Assembly: GCA_947631145.1 (NCBI GenBank)
Contig: CANRKF010000001.1
Location: 1,786 to 65,785, forward strand
Direction of reading: 5' to 3'
Source of the DNA: an uncultured Clostridia bacterium
GTDB lineage: Bacteria; Bacillota; Clostridia; TANB77; CAG-508
Length of the DNA stretch: 64,000 nucleotides
Shown here: positions 41,970-50,949 of the stretch, in pieces
Position numbering within the stretch: position 1 is the stretch's first letter
How the letters are laid out: every line of letters starts with the position of its first letter
Made by a program: the position numbers and the translations under genes
Notes under the pieces: model-generated
What the model saw: the letters and a program-made list of their open reading frames with translations, nothing else
The model's database searches: none
What the model was told of the DNA's origin: nothing

Positions 41970-43736
41970 CTATTGTATATTATATTTTGGTTTTGCCTCA
42001 TAATGTGTATGTAATATTTCATGTGCTAAGTGTCCACCCGGTTCTCCTAAATATTCCTTATATATTTTTTGTAAAACTGGATTTTCGTGCGATTTTCTAA
42101 TTTTACTTTTTTCGTCTATAGTATACATAGCATCTGCACGTTTTTTGTGAACATTTACTGTAGCTCTAATTTTAGAGCTTTTTATAGGCTGACCTCCGCC
42201 CATAATACATCCACCTGGACATGCCATTATTTCTACAAATTGATAATCTGCTTTTCCTTGTTTAATTTCTTCCATAATTGTTCTTGCATTTCCAAGCCCA
42301 TTTGCAACAACTACTTTAATTTCATCTTTACCTATTTTTACAGTAGCTCTTTTTATTCCTTTTTGTCCTCTTACTTCTTCAAAATTAATTTTTTCTAGCT
42401 CTTTTCCTGTGGCTAGCTCAGATACACTTCTTAAAGCTGCTTCCATAACTCCGCCAGTTACACCGAAAATTGCTCCTGCACCTGTTGCTTCTCCCATTGG
42501 ATCATCAAAGCCACTATCTTCTAGCTTTGTAAACTCAATATTGGCTTGTTTTATCATTTTAGCGAGTTCTCGTGTTGTTAAAACTGCATCTACATCATAT
42601 AAGCCATTTTCTTTCATTTCTTCTCTTTGTCTTTCAAACTTTTTAGCTATACAAGGCATTACAGATACCACATATATTTTCTCTGGATTTATTTTGTGTT
42701 TAGCTGCATAATATGTTTTTATAATTGCTCCAAACATTTCATGTGGAGATTTACAACTAGATAAATGTGGTAAATTTTCAGGATAATTCATTTCAATATA
42801 TTTTACCCAACCTGGACTACAAGATGTAATCATTGGCAAATTATCCTTTTCTTTAAAACGTTTTATAAATTCTGTTCCTTCTTCCATAATTGTAAAATCT
42901 GCACCGGTATTGGTATCAAATACTTTATCAAAGCCTAAATTTCTTAAAGCTGTTACCATTTTGCCTGTTACATTTGTACCTATAGGCATTCCAAACTCTT
43001 CTCCTAATGCAACTCTAACTGCTGGAGCTGTTTGAACTACTACATAAGTATTTTCGTCTTTTAATTTTTCCCATACTTCATTTATAGAATATTTTTCGTG
43101 AAGTGCTCCTGTAGGGCAACTTTCTATACATTGCCCACAAAAAGTACAGTTTACATCATTTAAACTATTATTTCCTACTGTTGATATACAAGAAGAAAAA
43201 CCTCTACCTGTAGCAGATATTGCACCTATATTTTGAACTTTTTTACAAGTTGCTACACATCTTCTGCATAAAATACATTTATTAAAATCTCTAACAATTG
43301 ATGGAGATTTATCGTCTATTTCATATTCATTTTTTACTCCATCATAACGAACATCAGTCATGTTTAGCTTTTCTGCTAAAGCTTGCAATTCACAATTTCC
43401 ATTTCTAATACAAGTTAGGCAGTCTCTATGATGATTAGATAAAATTAAATCTAATATCATTTTTCTAGCTTCAACAACTGCAGGTGAATTAGTATATACT
43501 ACCATTCCTTCTTCTACTTTTTGAATACAAGAAGTTGCAAAACCATGTCTTCCCTCTACTTCTGTTATACACATTCTACAGTCTCCAACTTCATTTATTT
43601 CTTTTAAGAAACAAAGCGTTGGAATATCTATATTTACTTTTCTTGCAGCTTCTAAAATAGTAGTTCCTTCTGGTACGCTTACTTTTTTATTATCTATTAT
43701 TAAATTTACCATGTTCTGGTCTCCTTTCTGTTTCAT
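41970..43736 (-). CDS. hydA: [FeFe] hydrogenase catalytic subunit (HydA/HndD-type, bifurcating-complex large subunit)
   Basis: N-terminal 2Fe-2S plus FeS ferredoxin domains. H-cluster motifs L2 (MPCIAKKFE) and L3 (EIMACPGGCIMGGGQP) are intact. The L1 motif reads TSCSPGW rather than the canonical TSCCPxW. Confidence 0.9.
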   Translation of the reverse strand: MKQKGDQNMVNLIIDNKKVSVPEGTTILEAARKVNIDIPTLCFLKEINEVGDCRMCITEVEGRHGFATSCIQKVEEGMVVYTNSPAVVEARKMILDLILSNHHRDCLTCIRNGNCELQALAEKLNMTDVRYDGVKNEYEIDDKSPSIVRDFNKCILCRRCVATCKKVQNIGAISATGRGFSSCISTVGNNSLNDVNCTFCGQCIESCPTGALHEKYSINEVWEKLKDENTYVVVQTAPAVRVALGEEFGMPIGTNVTGKMVTALRNLGFDKVFDTNTGADFTIMEEGTEFIKRFKEKDNLPMITSCSPGWVKYIEMNYPENLPHLSSCKSPHEMFGAIIKTYYAAKHKINPEKIYVVSVMPCIAKKFERQREEMKENGLYDVDAVLTTRELAKMIKQANIEFTKLEDSGFDDPMGEATGAGAIFGVTGGVMEAALRSVSELATGKELEKINFEEVRGQKGIKRATVKIGKDEIKVVVANGLGNARTIMEEIKQGKADYQFVEIMACPGGCIMGGGQPIKSSKIRATVNVHKKRADAMYTIDEKSKIRKSHENPVLQKIYKEYLGEPGGHLAHEILHTHYEAKPKYNIQ

Positions 43737-43756
43737 TTAATTAGCTTTGCTTTAAT

Positions 43757-43954
43757 CTTGTACTTAGCTTTGCTTTAAAGTATTATATTACGAGGAAAAC
43801 AATTTCCTTCAATTTTTAATTTTTAAAAGAATGGTTATATTGCTAGGAACAAGCATTTAAAATTGATGAGGTGTGCTTTTTGCACATTGATTCAATTTTT
43901 TTAATGCTCTTGTACTTAGCTTTGCTTTAAAGTAGTATATTACGAGGAAAACAA
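43757..43954. repeat. 46-bp direct repeats (43757-43802 and 43909-43954, one mismatch) flanking a 106-bp segment that contains Family B element copy 2
   Basis: Seen directly in the sequence: cttgtacttagctttgctttaaagta[t/g]tatattacgaggaaaacaa appears twice. The segment between them carries the element tatattgctaggaacaagcatttaaaattgatgaggtgtgctttttgcacattgattcaattttttt. Confidence 0.8.
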
Positions 43955-44039
43955 GCAAAAAATTTTGAAACTATACGATTTGTATGTTGAAAAATTTTTT
44001 GCGATGTTTGACAAAGTAAGATGCTACTTTAAAGTGAAG

Positions 44040-45896
44040 CTAGCCGATTGCGTGGAAAGGACAAACACTAATACAAGTACCACATTTAATACATTTTGCC
44101 TCATCAATATGATGAACCTTTCCTGGTTCTCCGGAAATTGCTTCTACTGGGCAATTTCTTTTACACATTCCACAACCTTTACATTTATCCTCATGTATTT
44201 GAATTTTAGCTAATGCCTTACATTCTCCTGTTTTACATACTTTTTCGTTTACATGTTCTAAATATTCTTCTCTAAAATATTTTAATGTAGAAAGTACAGG
44301 GTTTGGAGCAGATTGACCTAAACCACAAACTGCAGTTTTAGGAATATTATTTGCTAGTTCCTCTAGCTTTTGAACATCCTCTATTGTTCCATCTCCCTTA
44401 GTTATTTTTTCCAATAATTCTAACATTCTTTTAGTTCCAATTCTGCATGGTGTACATTTTCCGCAAGATTCATCTACTGTAAAGGTTAAATAGAATTTTG
44501 CTAAATTTACCATACATTTGGTATCGTCCATTACAATAAGACCACCTGAACCCATCATAGAACCAATTTGTTTCAAAGATTCATAATCTATTGGTGTATC
44601 TAAATGTTCTGTTGGTATACAACCTCCTGAAGGTCCTCCAGTTTGAGCTGCTTTGAAGCCTCTTCCATTTGGAATTCCCCCACCAATATCGTATATAATT
44701 TCTCTTAAAGTTGTTCCCATTGGAACTTCTACTAAGCCTACATTTACTACATTTCCACCAAGTGCAAATACTTTTGTGCCTTTTGAACCTTCTGTTCCAA
44801 TGCTAGAATACCAATCTGCACCATTTAAAATAATTCTAGTAATATTTGCATAAGTTTCTACATTGTTTATTAAAGTTGGCTTTCCCCATAAACCTGAATT
44901 TGCGGGATATGGTGGTTTTACTCTAGGCTGACCACGTTTTCCTTCTATTGATTCTAAAAGAGCGGTTTCTTCTCCACATACAAAGGCTCCAGCACCTAAG
45001 CGAACTTCTACATCAAAGCTAAAATTTGTTCCAAAAATATTTTTTCCAAGAAGTCCATATTCTCTAGCTTGTTTAATGGCAACACTAAATCTTTCTACCG
45101 CTATTGGATATTCGGCTCTTACATATATGTACCCTTGATTTGCTCCTATTGCAAAACCTGCAATTATCATAGATTCTAATACAGAATGTGGATCTCCTTC
45201 TAAAATACTTCTATCCATAAATGCACCCGGATCACCTTCATCTGCATTGCACACTACATATTTTTGCTTTTCTTCTACATTTTTAGTTAATCTCCACTTT
45301 TTGCCTGTTGGGAAGCCTGCGCCACCTCTACCTCTTAAGCCAGATTTTTCTATTTCTTCTATTACTTCATCTGGAGTCATTTCTAATAAAACCTTTTCTA
45401 AAGCCTTGTAGCCATCAAATGCAATATATTCTTCTATTTGCTCTGGATCTATTTTTCCACAATTTTTAAGAGCAATTCTTTTTTGCTTTTTGTAAAAGGT
45501 TAAATCATCTAACTTTTGAACTTTACTTCCATCTACGTCTTTGCAAAGTAAACGTTCAACTACTTTTCCTTCTATAATATGCGACTGAATAATTTCATCA
45601 CAGTCTTCTGGAGTTACCATTGCGTAAAATGTATCTTCTGGTCTGATAATAACTATTGGACCTTTTGCACACAAACCAAAACAACCTGTTTGTATGACAC
45701 GCACATTTTCTAATTTCTTTTCTTTTACTATTTTTCTAAAATTTTCTATTATTTTAGGAGATTTTGAAGAAGTACAACCTGTTCCATGACATACTAAAAT
45801 ATGTTTTTCTTTTGTTCCAACTTGACTATTTACTCTTATATCTAATTCTTTTCTTTTTGACTCTCTAATTTCTCTTATTTTTTCTAAGGTATCCAA
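44040..45896 (-). CDS. hydB: NADH-binding flavoprotein subunit of the bifurcating hydrogenase (NuoF-like, HydB/HndC)
   Basis: N-terminal thioredoxin-like 2Fe-2S domain, FMN/NADH site (GRGGAGFPTGKKW), the SLBB and 4Fe-4S motif of NuoF, and C-terminal 2x[4Fe-4S] ferredoxin (CKGCGMC...CIKCGTC). Confidence 0.9.
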   Translation of the reverse strand: MDTLEKIREIRESKRKELDIRVNSQVGTKEKHILVCHGTGCTSSKSPKIIENFRKIVKEKKLENVRVIQTGCFGLCAKGPIVIIRPEDTFYAMVTPEDCDEIIQSHIIEGKVVERLLCKDVDGSKVQKLDDLTFYKKQKRIALKNCGKIDPEQIEEYIAFDGYKALEKVLLEMTPDEVIEEIEKSGLRGRGGAGFPTGKKWRLTKNVEEKQKYVVCNADEGDPGAFMDRSILEGDPHSVLESMIIAGFAIGANQGYIYVRAEYPIAVERFSVAIKQAREYGLLGKNIFGTNFSFDVEVRLGAGAFVCGEETALLESIEGKRGQPRVKPPYPANSGLWGKPTLINNVETYANITRIILNGADWYSSIGTEGSKGTKVFALGGNVVNVGLVEVPMGTTLREIIYDIGGGIPNGRGFKAAQTGGPSGGCIPTEHLDTPIDYESLKQIGSMMGSGGLIVMDDTKCMVNLAKFYLTFTVDESCGKCTPCRIGTKRMLELLEKITKGDGTIEDVQKLEELANNIPKTAVCGLGQSAPNPVLSTLKYFREEYLEHVNEKVCKTGECKALAKIQIHEDKCKGCGMCKRNCPVEAISGEPGKVHHIDEAKCIKCGTCISVCPFHAIG

Positions 45897-45975
45897 TTTT
45901 TATTTGCTCCTTTCTATTAGTGATTTTTAAGTTTTGCTATGCATTAATATTACTGCAAGCTATCTTTATTTAAAA

Positions 45976-46482
45976 TCATTGCAAACTGTCTAAAACTTCA
46001 TCTAATTTTTTAACTGTGGCTTTTCCATATACTTCGCCATTTACTGTAAAAACTGGTGCTATTCCACATGCACCTACACAACGTGTAGCATCTATTGAGA
46101 ATTTTCCATCTGGTGTGGTTTCGCCTTCTTGAATGTTTAACCTTTGCTTTAAACGTTCCATTATTTTTTCAGAACCCTTTACAAAGCACGCTGTTCCTAA
46201 GCATACTGAAATTGCATATTTTCCCTTTGGCTTTAGTGTAAAACGAGAATAAAAAGTAATTACTCCATAAATTTCTGCCATTGGAATTTGCAAGTATTCT
46301 GATATTTTTGTTTGAGCTAATAGTGGAATATATCCATATTTCATTTGTACCTCATTTAATATTGTAATTAAATTATCTTTACTATTTGTATATTTTTCTA
46401 AAATTTCTTTTAGTTCTTTTTCTAGTTTTTTATCTATGCACGAACAATTTTTATTTTCACTTTTTTCCATGTTTCCCTCCAC
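45976..46482 (-). CDS. hydC: NuoE-like 2Fe-2S thioredoxin-fold subunit (HydC/HndA)
   Basis: The four-Cys pattern of NuoE (CLGTAC...CVGACGIAP). Confidence 0.88.
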   Translation of the reverse strand: MEGNMEKSENKNCSCIDKKLEKELKEILEKYTNSKDNLITILNEVQMKYGYIPLLAQTKISEYLQIPMAEIYGVITFYSRFTLKPKGKYAISVCLGTACFVKGSEKIMERLKQRLNIQEGETTPDGKFSIDATRCVGACGIAPVFTVNGEVYGKATVKKLDEVLDSLQ

Positions 46483-46738
46483 TTAATTATTAATTTATTC
46501 TATTCTTTATTTGTTATAGTTATTATATCAAAGCTTTCTTTTTATTTGCAACAAATTTCGACATAATTTATTTATTTTTTCTTATCTATTCCTAATTGTT
46601 GCTTTAATGCGCTTTGTAAAGCGCATCTCTAAAAAGTGGCATATTTACTTGACTTTATTCGACACAAAAATGTTCTTACATTTTTGTTACAATTATTAAT
46701 ATTGGGCACCTGAACTGTAACAATGCTCTTAATATTTA

Positions 46739-46790
46739 AAAATTCGTTATTTAATGAGTATCAAAAATTGTACTCATCAATAACGAATTT
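46739..46790. terminator. long hairpin aaattcgttatttaatgagta ... tactcatcaataacgaattt; probable terminator of the DUF3048 gene upstream of the hydrogenase operon
   Basis: About 20-bp imperfect inverted repeat immediately 3' of the stop at 46800. Confidence 0.45.
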
Positions 46791-46799
46791 GCAAACAAT

Positions 46800-47951
46800 T
46801 TATTTAAAAGTTATTTTACTATCTATTGGACAAATTTGAATAAAAGTTTTTCCGTCATTTACTTTTATTTCATTTCCATCTAAATCTTTGTATACAGTTT
46901 TTCCGCTTCTAGATGTTTTCTCACAAGTAATTGGAATATATTTTCCATTTGTAATATAATAGCCATCTAAAGTTTTTATATTATCTAAGGTTTGTCTTCC
47001 CTTATTAGAGCCATCATTTAAAGTAGTATTTTTGCATTTTGTAATTATAATGTTTTTAGTTTTTACTGTTTTATTTGTATTCCAGTCAGTTTGCTTCTTG
47101 TCTCTAGAATATCTAATATATGTTTTTGTTTCTTTATCGTAAGTATATTTTACAGTATTAAATGAAGAATATGGTATAGTAACAGTATTTGCTATATTTG
47201 TTACTTTGGCTTCTGTTTGTTCTTCTTGATTTGTTAAATTCTTCTCGTTATTTGTATCTTTCTTTGAAGTTTCTTCTTTTATATCTGGCAAATCAAAGTC
47301 TTCTGCAACATAATTTAAAACAGTTCCTTTATTAGTAGTTGTTCTATATTTTTCTCTTTTTATAATTGCTTCTATTCTTTCTGTAGAAGTAACTGCATTA
47401 TGTGGTGCATAACGACTACTTACTCTCCAAAAGTTCTTTGTGCTTTCATTAATTCCATTTATATCTGCTATTGCTAATGTAACTATATCAGATTTAGCCT
47501 GTGGGCTTTGTCCATAATGTACATAAATAGCATCATTTTCTAAAGCATAATCTAAGAAATAATGCCTTGCACTTCTTAAAGGTCCTATTTGATCTAGGTC
47601 TTGATTTTTCATAACTATCATTAACCTAGTTTCTCCACCTTCTACAATTATTTCATAAATTAAATCTGCTTTTTCAAGTCCTGCTTGTGGCATTGCATTA
47701 ATGTTATTATCTATCATAAAAGCTATTGGTCTTTCATTGCCTGCAAAAGTTTTTGGTTGCTTTACTTCTTGCTTTGGTTCTTCACTATTAATATTTTCAT
47801 TATCATTCATATTAGCTACATTTTGTGAATTCTGCATAGTTGGAATTATTTTCATAGCCAACAAAGTGCCTGCTATAATTATTAATATAATTAAAATTAC
47901 AGTTAAAAGTCCTAAACCACTACCAGATTTTTTGTTACTTTTCTTACCCAT
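46800..47951 (-). CDS. DUF3048-domain lipoprotein (YerB-like)
   Basis: N-terminal TM or lipobox region, then PIAFMIDNNINAMPQAGLEKADLIYE, the DUF3048 hallmark. Confidence 0.7.
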   Translation of the reverse strand: MGKKSNKKSGSGLGLLTVILIILIIIAGTLLAMKIIPTMQNSQNVANMNDNENINSEEPKQEVKQPKTFAGNERPIAFMIDNNINAMPQAGLEKADLIYEIIVEGGETRLMIVMKNQDLDQIGPLRSARHYFLDYALENDAIYVHYGQSPQAKSDIVTLAIADINGINESTKNFWRVSSRYAPHNAVTSTERIEAIIKREKYRTTTNKGTVLNYVAEDFDLPDIKEETSKKDTNNEKNLTNQEEQTEAKVTNIANTVTIPYSSFNTVKYTYDKETKTYIRYSRDKKQTDWNTNKTVKTKNIIITKCKNTTLNDGSNKGRQTLDNIKTLDGYYITNGKYIPITCEKTSRSGKTVYKDLDGNEIKVNDGKTFIQICPIDSKITFK

Positions 47952-48305
47952 ATTACTTCATATTAGTTATTTACTAATATTTCCTCCTTTTTACAAATTA
48001 TATTAATTTATTTTATATATTAAATTAATTAATTTAAACTTTACTTTTATAAATTTCAAAGCATTAAAAATAAGTTGCAAAATTACATTAAAAGTTAATA
48101 AGTTCCAAAAATCATATTAAAAGTTTAAGTTAATAATTAATATTAAAAATTAATTTAATAATCTATTTAAAAAAATTAATTCACTATTTAAATAATAGAT
48201 ATTTTATTACAACTTTTTAGCATGCATAAACTTAGTATTTTATAATAGATATTTTTTTATAATTTTAAGCACACATAAACAATATCTGCTAAAATATTTA
48301 TTAAA

Positions 48306-48393
48306 CATGTGTCCCAAACGCGACAAAATGTCGCGCCAAGAAACGTCCCTAATGCGACAAAGTGTCGCTTAAACAAACGTCCCCAAAGCGACA
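48306..48393. repeat. Family A hairpin-repeat element, second locus (2 hairpin units); overlaps the 3' end of the dgkA fusion gene
   Basis: 48307-48360 is about 90% identical to 6539-6593. It carries gcgacaaaatgtcgcg and gcgacaaagtgtcgc hairpins and the aaacgtcccc arms. Confidence 0.7.
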
Positions 48394-49133
48394 AGAACCA
48401 ATACTGTTCCAAAGGCTGCGCTAAATATTATTTCTGAAAGCTTATGTTGCTTTGCTTCAACTCTGCCTTCTGCAACAAATATTGAAATTATTAATGATAG
48501 CATTAAAACTATAAAGTTATCTGTTAATATCCAAATAATTGTATTTGCTGCAAATGCTATAGTGGTATATCCGCTTGGTACAAAATTTTGATTAAAAATT
48601 TTATGCTTATTAGTTTTTGCATAAGCTATTAGGGCTAAAATTGCAATTGCTGTAATAATTATAACTGCAAATGCTAAATGTGATGGTGTGCTTGTTATAT
48701 TTTTTATAAGGTTTAATCCAATGTCTGCTATTTTATCAAAAAACAAAAAGTATGCTACTATTAAAGCATTTATAGTAGTAATTACTACTCCGCCTGCTGC
48801 AACATCTTTAGCAATTTTTGCTTTAGGATGATATACATCTACATATAAGTCTACTACTGTTTCTATTGCTGTATTTACCATTTCTGCAAATATTATTAAA
48901 ACAATAGTAAATAAAAAACATAAAAATTCTGCACGATTTAAGTTAAAAAATAAGCTAATTATTACTACTACAACGGCTATTAATAATTGTTTTTTTATAT
49001 TGCTTTGAGTTGTTGTTGCATAAATTATGCCATTAAAAGCATTTTTCCATGCGTCTAACATTTTATGGTTTCCTAGTCTTTCATCTTGCTGCTTTTTACT
49101 ATTAATATTTTGCTTTCTTGTTTTTTGCTCCAT
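48369..49133 (-). CDS. dgkA: diacylglycerol kinase (DgkA) fused to a PAP2-like phosphatase domain (degenerate motifs)
   Basis: DgkA core (FNGIIYA...AEMVNTAIE...AKIAKDVAAG). The C-terminal half has a PSGY (not PSGH) motif and R-x5-H-x3-E PAP2-like motifs. Confidence 0.65.
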   Translation of the reverse strand: MEQKTRKQNINSKKQQDERLGNHKMLDAWKNAFNGIIYATTTQSNIKKQLLIAVVVVIISLFFNLNRAEFLCFLFTIVLIIFAEMVNTAIETVVDLYVDVYHPKAKIAKDVAAGGVVITTINALIVAYFLFFDKIADIGLNLIKNITSTPSHLAFAVIIITAIAILALIAYAKTNKHKIFNQNFVPSGYTTIAFAANTIIWILTDNFIVLMLSLIISIFVAEGRVEAKQHKLSEIIFSAAFGTVLVLVALGTFV

Positions 49134-49151
49134 AGATTTCCTTTCTATAAT

Positions 49152-49694
49152 CTATCTTGTAATATTTAATTTAGATAATATATTTTCTTCTTTTTCACGC
49201 ATTTGAATTTTATCTTTTTCTTCTATATGATCATACCCCATTAAGTGATAAAACCCATGAACTAACATATATGCAAGTTCTCTTTCAAAGCTATGCTCAT
49301 ATTCTACTGCTTGTTCTTTTACTTTAGGAATTGATATTACTATATCACCTAATATATCTTGCATATATTCTTTACTTTCTAAATCTTCATTATTATTTTT
49401 TTCAGGTTTTAATTCAGCTTGATTGTTTAATTTTGAACTTGTTTTTAGCATTTCTTCTAATTCACTTTTTTCAAACATTGGAAAGGATAGCACATCTGTT
49501 GGCTTATCTATATTTCTATATTTTTGGTTTAATTTTTTTATATTTTCAGGATCTGTTAAGGTAATACATATATATAAAGAGGTAGGCGAAATACACTCTA
49601 CCTCAAAACATTTTTGAATTACTTTTTCTATTAAATTCTCTATTTCTAAATCTTTTGTAATGTCTTTCCAAATAATTTCTGATACTTTATTCAT
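49152..49694 (-). CDS. ybeY: rRNA maturation RNase YbeY
   Basis: H-x-x-x-H-x-x-x-x-x-H zinc motif (HGFYHLMGYDH). Confidence 0.9.
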   Translation of the reverse strand: MNKVSEIIWKDITKDLEIENLIEKVIQKCFEVECISPTSLYICITLTDPENIKKLNQKYRNIDKPTDVLSFPMFEKSELEEMLKTSSKLNNQAELKPEKNNNEDLESKEYMQDILGDIVISIPKVKEQAVEYEHSFERELAYMLVHGFYHLMGYDHIEEKDKIQMREKEENILSKLNITR

Positions 49695-49698
49695 ATTT

Positions 49699-50949
49699 TT
49701 ATTTTGTTTTCCTTTTTATATATTTTCCTTCTGAATGATAATTGTTTTTTATAACTCTCATTGCTCCTAAGTCTACTAATTTATTGTAATAAAATTGAAT
49801 AATTTTATAATATTTATTAGTATCCTTACGTAATTGTTTAAGTTCTTTTCTTAAAAACAAAATTTGTTTTTGTTTCACGTAATCCATGTAATTAGTATCT
49901 TTATATTTTGAAATTTCTTCATACTCTTTCCAAAAAGCTTTATACAACCCACGATCACTAGACTTGTCCCAATAAATTTTAGTAGATAATAATTTTACCT
50001 GATATTCTTCTATTAAAGTAATTAATAATGAGTATGCTTTTTCTTGTTTTCTTGCTACTTTTGTATCTACTATTAAACTTCTAGTATCTTGCAATAATTT
50101 ATCATAGCATTGCTCTGCTACTATTAATGGTAAACTATGTGTAAATAGTTTTCTACTAAGTGCTAATAGAACCATATTTTTTTCAATGTTATCGTTTTGA
50201 TCTAACTTTCCAACAGTGAATTTTTCAAAATTTTGATATTCTTCTAATATATTTTGATATGTAGCATCATCAGGATTTTCCTTCATTTTAAGTGGTAAAA
50301 TTTTTTCAATATAACCTTCTAATGCATAGAATATTTTGTTATAGACTTCATCTTTTGCACCTAAAGTTAAATTATCTGCAAGTTTTATAGAATAGTGTTT
50401 TAGCAAACCCTTATATAAACTTTCCATTTGCTTAATATACAAATTTTTATATTTTTCTATTAATTGTGTTTTGTTTGAATTTTCTACTGTTTCATAATCT
50501 AAATCTAATAAATACATTTGCTTTTTGTATTTATACTCTAAATATTCAGTTTCTTTTAGATGTACAATTGCATAGTATTGTGACAAAGCATTTCTTTCAA
50601 ATTCATTTGCTGTATCGTTTTTTACCTTTTTATAAATAGAATCTAAAATATATTTATCTATAGATTCTAAGTATAGAGCATATACATCTTCAAATTTCTT
50701 ATTTGCAATTTCTTGTTTCATTTGGTCATTTGTATTTTCACTGTTTATATATGCTTCATACGCTTTAATTGCGTTATTTCTTTTTATAGAAATAAGCATC
50801 CCATTAATTCCAATTTTAGTTGGAATTAGTAATTTAGTAATGGTATTTGTTAGCTTTGAGAAAAATGTTTTCTCTTGGTATACTCTTAAACTTCTTTCTT
50901 CCATAGCACTTTTCTTCCTTTCAAAATACAATTTTTTCTTTTGTTGCAA
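49699..50949 (-). CDS. hypothetical soluble helical protein (416 aa) in the position usually occupied by phoH
   Basis: Good coding bias. No Walker motifs and no TM segment. No family recognised. Confidence 0.45.
   Translation of the reverse strand: MQQKKKLYFERKKSAMEERSLRVYQEKTFFSKLTNTITKLLIPTKIGINGMLISIKRNNAIKAYEAYINSENTNDQMKQEIANKKFEDVYALYLESIDKYILDSIYKKVKNDTANEFERNALSQYYAIVHLKETEYLEYKYKKQMYLLDLDYETVENSNKTQLIEKYKNLYIKQMESLYKGLLKHYSIKLADNLTLGAKDEVYNKIFYALEGYIEKILPLKMKENPDDATYQNILEEYQNFEKFTVGKLDQNDNIEKNMVLLALSRKLFTHSLPLIVAEQCYDKLLQDTRSLIVDTKVARKQEKAYSLLITLIEEYQVKLLSTKIYWDKSSDRGLYKAFWKEYEEISKYKDTNYMDYVKQKQILFLRKELKQLRKDTNKYYKIIQFYYNKLVDLGAMRVIKNNYHSEGKYIKRKTK

Noticed and set aside
41672-44213. 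Plus-strand ORFs 41672..41914, 42087..42398, 42409..42711 and 43965..44213
   Set aside because: All are antisense within era, hydA or the hydB 3' end, and have no RBS or recognisable family.
46680-46700. Rex operator (TTGTTAANNNNTTAACAA) upstream of the hydrogenase operon
   Set aside because: The best candidate, TTGTTACAATTATTAATA, matches only one half-site properly.
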